This document shows positions 24,390 through 37,400 of a stretch of DNA of 64,000 bases, one piece after another. A model generated the notes under the pieces. The model was not told the DNA's origin. It did no database searches and saw nothing but the letters and a program-made list of their open reading frames with translations. Position 1 is the stretch's first letter. Each line of letters starts with the position of its first letter. The DNA lies in NCBI RefSeq assembly GCF_001194135.2, contig NC_068981.1, positions 134,837,169-134,901,168 on the forward strand. Direction: 5' to 3'. The DNA comes from Octopus bimaculoides. Taxonomy: Eukaryota. Made by a program: the position numbers and the translations under genes.

Positions 24390-25806
24390 ACAATCCAGAT
24401 GTTTTCATAGCAGGCATCTTGATTCATTTATACTAATTTATTATTATTTTTAACATTTACTATTGAAATTAACTCAACAAAATTATATTTATATGCATAA
24501 TTATTTCCTGTTAGCTTTTTAATATTTCCTTCATTAAATATGTTTTTGGCACTAAATGTATCAGTTGTTTTGCATGCAAATGGTATCTTTGAACTATGCC
24601 ATTTCTAATCAAATTATGTTTATACAACAAATGTATATGTATCTACTAATTCTTTCATCACTTCTCTGGCAAGTACAAAAAAGGCTTTGCTGATGAAGTC
24701 TGAACAAACCCGATCTACTCTTGGAGTTGTTTCCTGTACTTGTCAGAAAAAGAAAAATAACATCAATCATTGACTAATATTTTTTTCTTACCATTATTAT
24801 TTATAGCTCAATTTTTAATGCTTATTGCATAAATTCTTTAACAACTTATGGAATTATATTTACATTTCATTACATCTATTTGCTACCATTGTCTTTTATT
24901 CTCCATAAGATAACCTGTAAATTAGTAAATATGTAATAAAAATATGTACCATATTTTAATGTGTATAAGGAATCCTTTTTTGTCAAAAATTAGGTTAAAA
25001 AAATATGGGAGTTTCTTATACATGGATAGTATTATAATGTGGGAGAATGTACAAAAAAAAACAACAACAGACGAGGACAGATGGTGTAAACAACAAAAGG
25101 ATGTATTAGTTTGACGCTCAGGAATACAGAAAGTCTTTAACGTTTCGAGCTACGCTCTTCAACAGAAAAAATATGGAGAAAACAAGGAGAAAAACACGGA
25201 GAGAAAAAAATTGAATGGTGTTTGGTCAGCGATTGATCAATCCCTTACAAAACCTTTTTTCCAAATTTTAAGCCCCAAAAATGAGGGTTTCCTTATACAT
25301 GAGGGTTCTTTATATATGTTAAAATACAGTTAATTTACAAGAAGTAATAATGCAGCTCACATTTTCACATTTACATGCTTGTTTCCTTTACACTTCAAAG
25401 GAAGAGGATCAACAGTCCATCCTGAGCCATAGGCGGCTCATAAGACCAGTTTCCTGGATTCTATGGTGCTTGTATTTTCCCCTGGGTGGAATGCTGGTCT
25501 GTTGCAGGATACATATTTTTGCCAGCTGAGTGAACTGAAGCTTTGTGAAATGAAGCGCTTTGCTCAAAATCACATCGCATTGCCCAGTCAGGGACTGAAA
25601 CCACAACCTTATAACCATGAGTGCATCACCCTAACCACTAAGCCACACACCTCCACCCTTTGCACTTAAATACCTGATATTCAGGAATCTCAGTACAAAC
25701 TCAAATAAAAATTCTGCTTTTATGCTTCTAAATGTAAATGTATATGTGAAAATATGAGCTGCATTTCTATATACTCATTGCACATCACACATCTTCATTC
25801 AGTCAT

Positions 25807-25849
<43 letters not shown>

Positions 25850-25921
25850 ATTAATAAAATTATTTTAGATATCAAAGATATTTATCTTAATTGAAATCAT
25901 TCATTCTTTATTAGAGATCTT

Positions 25922-25974
<53 letters not shown>

Positions 25975-28900
25975 TTCTAAATTGCTACAATAATTGCAAT
26001 AATTAATTAGTTTGATATCCTGATGAATATACACTTAAAGATGTCAAAAAGGCGTTACTTAGATTCTATCAATTGTGTCTTTTGTTTCCTGTTCATTGAT
26101 TCAAATATCCTGAGTTCGGTATTAGTTATTGTATTGAATATACACTTAGAGATATCAGAGATTTGAGATTCTAATTTCTATTAATTATGTTTCATTTTTG
26201 CATATGATTTACAAGTTTCTTGATATGAACTTGTGTATTGAAACATATCTTGTTGTATCTCTGGTGGGTCATTATACCAATAATAAACACATGCACTGGT
26301 TTTGTTTCACTTATTTATTTTTATTTGTCGATTTGTTCAACCTTTAACTAATTAACTAATTGATTGTCTAATAGCTGATTGATTGAGTGATTGACTGAAC
26401 AATTAATCAAACAATCAATTAGTTAATGTTTAAATGGTTAATCAATTAGCTAATAAAAATAAAGAAGGGAAATAGAAACAGTGTATGTGTGTTTATTACT
26501 GGCATAATGACCCTCCCAAGATACTACAAAATATCAATTGTGTGTTTTTCATTTCCTTACTATTGATTCAAATAATAATTTTTGGTAACATTTAAACATG
26601 TTATTTGAAAACTTTCTAAGTTATCTTTACTGTTATGTTTTTATTCTCTGCACTTTGCTGTCCTTTCTTTTATTTTTCCTCTTTTTAAATTTAATGAATG
26701 CTATTATTACATTTTGTTTCTTTTCCTTTGCATACATTTTCTGAAAGAAACAGAATTTCGATGTTGATTTTTTTAAATTTTTTTCTTTGCTGCAATGACA
26801 CTTATAACTCATGATCTATAAATTTATTTTCCAAAACACTTGAAAGTATTCTCCTCACATACATATTTACTTAATTAGTTATTTGTAACTATCCAAAGGG
26901 TTTTTTTAACTCACTATTTGCACTCTTATTTATAGCTTTACCTACTTCAAGTTTCACTTTTTAAAACAAATTATTTCATGCCCCTCAAATTTTCTAAACT
27001 CTAATGTCATAATTAATATTTACCTCAAAGTATTTTTAACAGTATTCGTTTTTAAGTTTAATGTGTTATGCCATGCATTAATGTCAAAACAGTGATGCAA
27101 ACTTTATAGTTGATTCAAGGCGGCGAGCTGGCAGAAACATTAGCATGCTAGGCGAAATGCTCAGCAGTATTTCATTTGTCTTTATGTTCTGAGTTCGAAT
27201 TCCACCAAGATCAACTTTGCCTTTCATCCTTTCAGGGTCAATAAATTAAATACCAGTTGCATACTGGGGTCAATCTAATTGACTGGCCCCCTCCCAAAAA
27301 TTTCGGGCCTTGTACCTAGAGTAGAAAGGAATATTTACAGTGGATTTAATGATTCCAAATTAGCTCACAAAACAGTAAGCTAAATACCAACTTTAGAAAC
27401 TCAGAAGTTCTGTGTGGTAAGAAGCTTGCTTCTCAACCACATGGTTCCGGGTTCAGTACCACTGCATGGCACCTTGGACAATTGTCTTCTACTATAGTCT
27501 CAGGCCGACCAAAGCCTTGTGAGTGGATTTGTTAAGCAGAAACTGAAAGAAGCCCATCGTATATATGTGTGTGTGTCTGTGCTTGTTCCCCCCATCATTG
27601 CTTGACAACCGATGTCGGTATTTATACGTCCCCATAACTTAGCAGTTCAGCAAATGAGACCAATAGATAAGTACTAAGCTTACAAAGAATAAGTCCTGGG
27701 GTCGATTTGTTCTTCAAAAGGCAGTGCTCCAGCATGGCTGCAGTCAAATGACTGAAACAAGTAAATGAATAAATGAATCCAGACAGCTTTTGAAAGAATT
27801 TAAAAGACTAAGATTCTTTTTCTAATATTTTAGCAATAGAATTAAGGATAATTAAGCATAAAACTTGTTTTAAAAGAAAAAAGCTGACAGGTCACATTTG
27901 TAAGCCAATGTGATCCTTTTCACTCATAGTTTTCCATCAGTAGGTTTGTCTCCTTTTTATAACAATTAAGCATGTGGCCAAGTGGTTAGGATATTGACCT
28001 CATAACCATAAGGTTGTCGATTCACTTCCTGGATTGAGTGGCACATTGTGCCCTTGAGCAAGGCACTTCATTTCACATTACTTCAGTTTACTCAGTTGAA
28101 AAATTAGTACCAGCTTAATGTTGGTGCTTTCTCTCCCACCAGCTATCACATCCTCAACATTTCACTGAGTTCAGGATGGGAAGACCAAGGGAGCATCTGT
28201 GTCTGCTCACAACTACACAAGACCTTAAAACATTAAAGAAAGCATGGTGCTTATTACTAATTTCCTTGTGAATGATGACTATGCATGCCTTGCATACTTT
28301 CTGTAACAATTAACAAGAACTCTGTTATTCTAGTCCTTTTGATGACATCTTGTACAACTTAATTCCTTTCATTAGTAGTACTGTTTGCTCTGGAACTCTA
28401 AATATTCTTATCAAACATCAAAACATGATATCTTTGGAAATATATATCTATATAGCTATCTAATTGTGGAGGTGCAATGGCCCAGTGGTTAGGGCTGCGG
28501 ACTCGCGGTCATAGGATCGCGGCTTCGATTCCCAGACTGGGCATTGTGAGTGTTTATTGAGCGAAAACACCTAAAGCTCCACAAGGCTCCGGCAGGGGAT
28601 GGTGACGAACCCTGCTGTACTCTTTCACCACAACTTTCTCTCACTCTTACTTCCTGTTTCTGTTGTGCCTGTAATTCAAAGGGTCAGCCTTGTCACACTG
28701 TGTCACGCTGAATATCCCCGAGAACTACCTTAAGGGTACACATGTCTGTGGAGTGCTCAGCCACTTGCACGTTAATTTCACGAGCAGGCTGTTCAGTTGA
28801 TCGGATCAACTGGAACCCTCAACGTCGTAAGCGACAGAGTGCCAACAAGCTATCTAATTACTTTCCTGACAGTTAGAATGCCAATTGGTTGATGAAATTT

Positions 28901-31900
28901 CTCTTTTATAAAAAAATTTGTTGCTTGTCTGACTTGCTAATCTGAGGATGTTACGTATGTTTGAATTCGTATGGCTTTTTCTTCTAATTTTGTTCTGGTT
29001 GACATTAATGTCTAACCTTGTCATGTCACTAAAACAAATGCTAGTTACAAATCAATGCTCTCTTCTTTTTTTCTCAGTACCACAGTCATGAAAACTTGTA
29101 AAAGAGACACCTACTATCTCCAGCTGGTAGCATTTAGCCTCCTGCACTGATATTTCTGTTTAAGGATTGTCAGTCGGGATTAATTTCCAAGGTTCTGTTG
29201 CTCTGTCATTATCTCCTCTAAGGTCTCACTCAGAAACATAAGTCATGTTTGTTAATTTTTTTCCTGTTTCAGCGGAAAAAACCAATGGACTTATGGGGGT
29301 AACAGAAACTGTACTGAGTACGTCGCTGTGTGGACTTATATTTGGCCTGTTCAGTGGACAGCCCCTTATGATCCTAGGAGCCACAGGGCCTGTTCTAGTA
29401 TATGAGCAGTCTTTATACAAGGTAAACTACTTTCAAAATATTTTATTATTTCTGTTTAGTATTCTTACCATTTTTTCTGTAAATATTTGTTTCTGTTTTT
29501 TGTGCAGGCATGGCTGTGTGGTAAGACATTTGCTTCCCAACTACATGGTTTTGGGTTCAGTTCCACTGCATGTTACCTTGGGCAAGTGTTTTCTACTATA
29601 GCCCTAGGCCAACCAAAGCCTTGTGAGTGGATTTGGGAGACAGACTGAAAGAAGCCAATCATGTGTGTGTATGCCTGTGTCTATATGTATTTATATATAT
29701 ACACACATGGCAAGCTTCTGTACAGTTTTTGTCTACTAGTTCTACTTGCAAGATATTGTTTAACCCAAGGCTATAGTACTGTGCTTATCAAAGTGGGTAG
29801 GATTACCACCTGGGGTGGGAGAAACAGTGGAAAATTCTATATAGCTACTGGGGACAAATAAAGGCAGTTAGGGATGACATATATACCTCCTAGTTGCCCT
29901 AGTTTTCAAAAATATTTTAAATTTCATTGTGTGTGCAAATCATCTGGTAATATTAGAGGTTGAAATTTTGTTTCAACATTCCATTATCATATTGATGAGT
30001 GCTCTTAATGGAATCAACCAGTCAGCAACAGTTTTTTTCTTTCGTTTTGTTTGTTTGTGGTGTATTTAATTTGGCTGAATCTTAGTAAGGCAGCACTGAG
30101 AGAGCATCAGTAAATGAAAGAGGGTGATAGTTAAAAAAAGGTTATGACTGTGTGGTTAAGAAGTCCATTTTATAGCCATGTGTTAATTAAAGCAATTAAT
30201 TAATGATGATCAGTTACTAATTTTAATGAAACACAAGCAAAACATTCTGGGCACCCTAAGCGTGTACGTTCTACTAATGATGTATGTTGAATGTGAACCC
30301 AGTTGTAAACCACATTAATAAACACCAACTACGACCAATTTGTAGAAGTAGAAATACTTACGATACAGCTAGCATGGTAACAACACTGGTAAATGGTGTT
30401 GGGACTGCCTTATATACAAACAAATACGATAAATGCTGTTGCAGAGAAAAATCAAAATGTCCTTTGATGAATCTCTGTGAGTGCAAATCTTATATATAAA
30501 AGTACCGTGCACACAGGGGAGGGCCCTATGTTTACATTGGGAAGACGGCTGATTCATTTAAGAATCGTTATCATAACTATGTTGCCAGCTTTAAGACAAT
30601 CAATAAGAGACATTCAACATCTTTTGGCAGATTTTGTATGGCGAATGAAGGAGGATAAAATGAAGTACAACATTAATTGGTCCATTGTAAGGTATGCGAA
30701 ACCATACAATATAATTTTCAGGAGATGCCATCTCTACTCGAGGAATCCTTGTCTATTCTGTAGACTAATGAGAAGATAATTAATAGAATTAATAAAATAG
30801 AAGATAAATTAATAGAATTTTGAGATGCCTACACGCATATAAATGTACTTTCGCACAATGCAGTGAGAAGGAATTTTGAGTAACCGTTAACTTAATTTAC
30901 TTTAAGGTATGGATGACTTAAGTTTACTTTTAACCTCCCCATTCTTATAAATACCAAGTAGATAACTAACTCGCTTTATGATCATGAGTGCACCAAACCT
31001 TACGTGTGCGTATGCTCACATTTTTGTGGATGCTTGTATGAGCAAGTGTACTCGCACCATGCAGCTGCCTGAGGGTGTTCATACACCATATCTATTAATG
31101 GTTATTTTTTATACTTTTCTTGCTGGATTGTGTGTCCATTTCTCTTTTTGCCATCTGTGATTTTATTTTTGATCTTCTATATAAATGAAGATATTTCCTC
31201 TGTCTGGCTGCTTTTCTTTCTATAAAATGGAAAGTTACATTGCGGAACAGTTATTTGAACGAGTTGTATTTATTTATCACCCAACAAGATACATCTGCAC
31301 CACCAGATGCTTCTGAACCAGTTGTTGAGTGTCCCATCCAAGAGGAATCAATGCTAGATGTGTCGAAACAATTGTCGTGATTAATAATAAATTCTCTTAT
31401 TTTCCATCTTCCGTCTTTCATTTGCCATATATGTATATATGTGTGTGTATATATATATATATATAATTCTAACAGTCTGGTTTTCACTTTTTATTATTTT
31501 CAATTTTACAATATTGAAATAAATTAGTACTTTCATGCATTACACAATCATCAGGTTTATGTAGTGACACCTATGTCAATTGTGGAACACGACTGTCACT
31601 ACATAAACCTGATGATTGCAAAATGCATGAAAGTACTAGTTTATATCAATACTGTAAATATCAAAATACACACACACATACATATTACTTTTGATTCACC
31701 AGTTCTACAGTTCATGTATGGAAATATAATTTTAAAATTTATAATATATATGTCATTGTGTTTGTGTTGGTTTTAAACTCATATTGATATTTTCTATTTT
31801 TCCATCTCTGTCACACACTCTTTCTCTCTCTCTCTTTTTCAGTTCTGTGAAAGCAATGATTTAGAATTCCTGCCTATGCGTTGTTGGATTGGATTCTGGG

Positions 31901-32166
31901 TTACTGTGATAGCCGCAGTAGTTGTGGCCTTAGAAGGCAGCTTTCTCGTGAAATTTGTTACCAGATTCACAGAGGAAATTTTTGCTATATTGATTTCTCT
32001 TATCTTTATCTATGAAGTCATTAAAAAATTAACAGATGTAATTATTTTTACTTATTCTTATTTCTTTCTTTTCTCCTTCTTGCATTCACATCAGTATCAC
32101 CTAAGATTTTTATAATTCCTTTGCTTGCAACTTCATTACAGTTTAATAGTATATTACTGAGAGCTA

Positions 32167-32217
<51 letters not shown>

Positions 32218-34398
32218 NNNNNNNNNNNNNNNNNNNNNNNNNNNNNNNNNNNNNNNNNNNNNNNNNNNNNNNNNNNNNNNNNNNNNNNNNNNNNNNNNNN
32301 NNNNNNNNNNNNNNNNNNNNNNNNNNNNNNNNNNNNNNNNNNNNNNNNNNNNNNNNNNNNNNNNNNNNNNNNNNNNNNNNNNNNNNNNNNNNNNNNNNNN
32401 NNNNNNNNNNNNNNNNNNNNNNNNNNNNNNNNNNNNNNNNNNNNNNNNNNNNNNNNNNNNNNNNNNNNNNNNNNNNNNNNNNNNNNNNNNNNNNNNNNNN
32501 NNNNNNNNNNNNNNNNNNNNNNNNNNNNNNNNNNNNNNNNNNNNNNNNNNNNNNNNNNNNNNNNNNNNNNNNNNNNNNNNNNNNNNNNNNNNNNNNNNNN
32601 NNNNNNNNNNNNNNNNNNNNNNNNNNNNNNNNNNNNNNNNNNNNNNNNNNNNNNNNNNNNNNNNNNNNNNNNNNNNNNNNNNNNNNNNNNNNNNNNNNNN
32701 NNNNNNNNNNNNNNNNNNNNNNNNNNNNNNNNNNNNNNNNNNNNNNNNNNNNNNNNNNNNNNNNNNNNNNNNNNNNNNNNNNNNNNNNNNNNNNNNNNNN
32801 NNNNNNNNNNNNNNNNNNNNNNNNNNNNNNNNNNNNNNNNNNNNNNNNNNNNNNNNNNNNNNNNNNNNNNNNNNNNNNNNNNNNNNNNNNNNNNNNNNNN
32901 NNNNNTATATATAAAGTTAATCAAATTAGGAGAGGCAGTAACTATGACATTTTCAGATCTGCTTAGATTGGTGACATTGATGTGATCAGTTAATGTTCAA
33001 CTTCAACACCTGTTGGTTGGGATTCAGAACCAATTCTATCAAGTGGGTCACCATTCTGGAGAGATATAGGAAGGATTGGGCACCACAATACAGCATTCCT
33101 CTTTGATTTTGTTTTTATTATATTATATTTTTTTAATTTTCTTAACTAAATATTTTTTTCTTTACTGTAATTCACACCTACATTGTCCATCATTGTTTCC
33201 TTATATATTGAAATATATTTTTTTATGTGCTTGAGAAGACCTGTCAAGCCAAGTGAAATAAATCATAGTCGAGGCCAATGACAGTGTCACATAACTGGCT
33301 CCTATGCCAGTGGTATGTAAAAAGCACCCTTCGAACTTTGGGCCTCATGGAGGCAGTGACAAGTGACCGAAACCTCTGGCAATATACCATGCTTGAGAAA
33401 ACCTGTCAAGCCAAGTGAGATCGTAGTCATGCCCAATGCTAATGTTTCATAACTGGCACGTATAAAGCACCCACTACACTCTTGGAGTGGTTGGCATTAG
33501 GAAGGGTACCATGCCAAATCAGATTGAAACCTGGTGCAGCTTACCAGTTTTGAGTCAAAATGTCCAATCCATGCCAGCATGTAAAATGGACATTAAATGA
33601 TAATGTTACCTCCTATTAAGCTGGCACTGTTTGCTTGCTTCCAAATGTTGTTATAGACTCATTGTGGTTGCTTTCTAACAAATCTCTATTGGTATCAACA
33701 TTCCTTCTGCTTATTACCTGTCATAGATATATCCTAATTAAGGTGGTGAGCTGGCAGAATTGTTAGCACACCAGGCAAAATGCTTAGCGGCATTTTGTCT
33801 GTCTTCACATTCTGAGTTCAAATTCCACTGTGGTCAACTTTGCCTTTCATCCTTTCAGGCTCAATAAAATAAGTACCAGTTGTGTACTGGGGTTGATGTA
33901 ATTAACTATCCCCTCTCCTAAACTTCAGGCTTTGTGCCAGTAGTAGAAAGGATTATTATTGTTATTATTAAGGCAGAAATCTGGCAGAATCGTTACCACA
34001 CTGGACAAAATGCTTAGCAGTACTTCGCCTGTCACTACATTCTGAGTTCAAATTCCGCCAAGGTCGACTTTGCCTTTCATCCTTTCAGGCTCAATAAAAT
34101 AAGTACCAGTTGTGTACTGGGGTCAATGTAATTGACTAGTTCCCTCCCCAAAATTTCCAGGCGTTGTGCCATTAGTAGAAAGGATTATTAAGGCAGTGAG
34201 TTGGCAGAATCATTAGCATGCCTAGCAAAATACTTGGCACCATTTCATCCATCTTCACATTCTGCCAGGGTCAGCTTTGCCTTTCATCCTTTCAGGGTCA
34301 ATGAAATAAGTACCAGTTGAACACTGGGATCAATGCAATAAACTTAACCCCGTCCACCAAACTTGCTGGCCATGTGCCAAAATTTAAACTTATTATTA

Positions 34399-34429
<31 letters not shown>

Positions 34430-37400
34430 GTTTTATTTTTACAGATTTATCAAAAATACCCATTGATAGCTGATTGTGAATCCTGTTGTCCAAATATTGT
34501 TCTTCCAAGCTTCAATAGCAGTAATTCTTTAGAACCAGTGTCTGAAATACCATACACTCTATTTAATTCCTCCATGGGTGCCACAGCGGACCAAGCTCAC
34601 ATGACAACTGAGTCTGGGGTTGAGGAGAATTTAAAAGGTCAAAATCGTTACACAAAAAATTCTAATCAACCAAATACTGCACTGCTGTCAACAATTTTGG
34701 CTCTAGGAACATTTTTTATAGCATATTTCCTCAGAATATTCAGAAATAGCAAATTTCTTGGGAGAAGTGTAAGTAAAACATCTAATTCTTGTTAACTCTC
34801 ACTCTCTTTTTCTGCCTCTCTGTCACACTCTAATCTTTCATCATCTGACACAAGATCCCAAGTGCCCCCTCCCCTCTCAAAGACTCTTTATTTTGCAAAG
34901 TCACTTGGTGACCCCCACCAGTGCAGATGCCACCTAAAAAGCACCCAGTCTACACTTTAAAGTGGTTGGCATTTGGAAGGACATCCAACTGTAAAAACCA
35001 TGCCAAAAACTGACCTCACCTGTGCAAATGCCATGTAAAAAACACTCAGCCCACTCTATGGAGTGGCTGGTGTTAGGAAGGGCATCCAGATGTAAAAACC
35101 ATGCCGAAACACACTCAGGAGCATGGTGCAGGCTCCCGCCAGGCGAGCTCCTGTCAAACCATCCAACCCATGTCATTGTGGAAGGAGAACATTAAACGAT
35201 GATGATGATGAGTATCTCTGTTGTTTTTGCATCCCCTCCTCCTCCACCATCTCAACCCTGATTCAGCAGATCTATTACTGAAGGTGTTCCAAACATGACC
35301 AACCTCTCATTTATCTAGACATCGCATATCTAGGGTACATCATGTAAGATCCCCTTCTTATTTTAAGACAATATATATTGTCTTATTTGAGGCAAGTGAA
35401 ATCGAAATTGAGTTAAATTCAACGACTGGCACCCATGCCAACGTCGTCTCATTCATTGGACACGAAACTCAATTTGCGAAGACTTATTGGGGCAAGCGAA
35501 AGTGAAATTGTGATGGCACCTGTGCCCAGCGTTGCCTGACTGGCCTTCGTGCTAGTGGTACGTAAAAGCACCCACTACACTCTCTGAGTGGTTGGTGTTA
35601 GGAAGGGCATCCAGCTGTAGAAACTCTGCCAAATCAGATTGGAGCCTGGTGTAGCCATCTGGTTTCACCAGTCCTCAGTCAAATCGTCCAACCCATGCTA
35701 GCATAGAAAGCGGACGTTAAACGACGATGATGATGATGATGATGATGGATCTCAGTATCATTAAGGTGCTGGACAGAATACTTTGCAGTATTTATTTGTT
35801 TAAAATCTCAGCTTTCTTTCTACATTGTCTCTAATGATTAAGAAAATGGTACTGTTGCAAGGTAAACATCCAATTTTAAATAGGAGCAGGTATAACTAGT
35901 GTAATAGTTAGTCGCACAGCTGCCATAGTTGTGATTTACAATCAGTTTTCATGTTCTGCTCTATATTGTTAATAAGACTTACATTTTCAACACCAGGTAA
36001 TGCTAAAATGTTTGCTTCTGAGTAGAAGCAAGTTCAGCTCTTGCCTTCAAATGAAAGATTATGACTGTAACCTACACCTATGTAGAACCAGCACCAGGGT
36101 ATTCAGCGCTTTAGGTTATCCCTACAATGTACGCCTCTTTCTCCCATCCCTCTAGTGTGTACCTCCAAACTCTACACTGTGTGACCCTTTCCCTGTTCCT
36201 ACAATGTCTACTCCCTCATCCCAGTCCTACAGCATACATCCTCTTCTCCCTGCTGTACAGTGTGTACCCCTTCTCTCAGCCCTACATTATGCACTTCTAT
36301 CACACAACCCTATAATGTATGCCACTTCTACATTTTTTCTACAACTTCCTCCAGTTATCACCCTTTTTACTCCAGTTGAAAAATGCAATCAAAATATCAT
36401 AAATATGATAATATATATTCTTGAATAAATCTATTATCTGGCAAAATTTGAAATTTTCGAAACACCATACAACCCTCTTCTCACCTGCCCTCCATCCTTC
36501 ACTGTACTTGGAGTGATCTCACCTGTTCTGTTTTGTGTTTATACTGTATTTGACAGCATATAAGATGCGTTTTTTCTGAAACATATCTCAAAAACTTCAT
36601 CCTAAGACCTATATGCAAAGTTGGGCCTACATATAACCCATGCCAGCACGAAAGTCATTAAATGATGATGTATATTACATGCTTTAGTTTACTAAAAACT
36701 TTTCCACCAGAATATGTAATGCTGAAACTAGGATACGTCTAATATGCCAGTGTGTCTTTTATACCATTAAATATAGTAGTCTAACTTAGAAATTATGTAT
36801 CAATTGTTGAGAATTTAATTGATATGCTTAAGTTTTAGCTCCCTAGGTGATCATTTTGTCTGTTGAGCACTATCCCTACACTAACATTAATATAATGTTA
36901 AGAAAGTTAGGATCCTATGAGTTTAACCTGTCTAATTTAGGGCTTAAAGTTCCTAAGCAGATGGATCTCTTTTTCATAAAAAGAGATAAAAATGTCCCTG
37001 GGTGGTTGGTTCTGTGCATATCTTTTTTTTCTTATTTTAGTTTTTAAAGTGTCTTATTTTATTTAGTTTAATGTTTATGAAGAAAAATGTCTTCTTTTAC
37101 AACATATTCTGTGTTTATTTCTGAACAGTGGATGATTTTTACTTATTTTATTTATAGGCGCGGAGAGCACTTGGTGATTTTGGAATTCTAATAGCTCTTG
37201 TAGTTATGGTGCTGCTAGATGTGTTAATAAAAGACACTTGTACACAGGTAGGTAAATCATCACAAATTATCTTTTATAACTGTTTATAGCTAGCATGTTA
37301 CAAGTCTTACCTTTCTCTCTTTTATGTTTTTTTACTTTGTATTTAATTTTCTTTTTCTTTCTTTCATCTTTTCAGAAACTTGAGGTATCGGATGAATTTG

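Noticed and set aside
31068-31095. Hammerhead downstream of the GIY-YIG fragment (CTGAGG-GTGT-TCAT-ACAC)
   Set aside because: Lacks A9 and GAAA; too degenerate to support.
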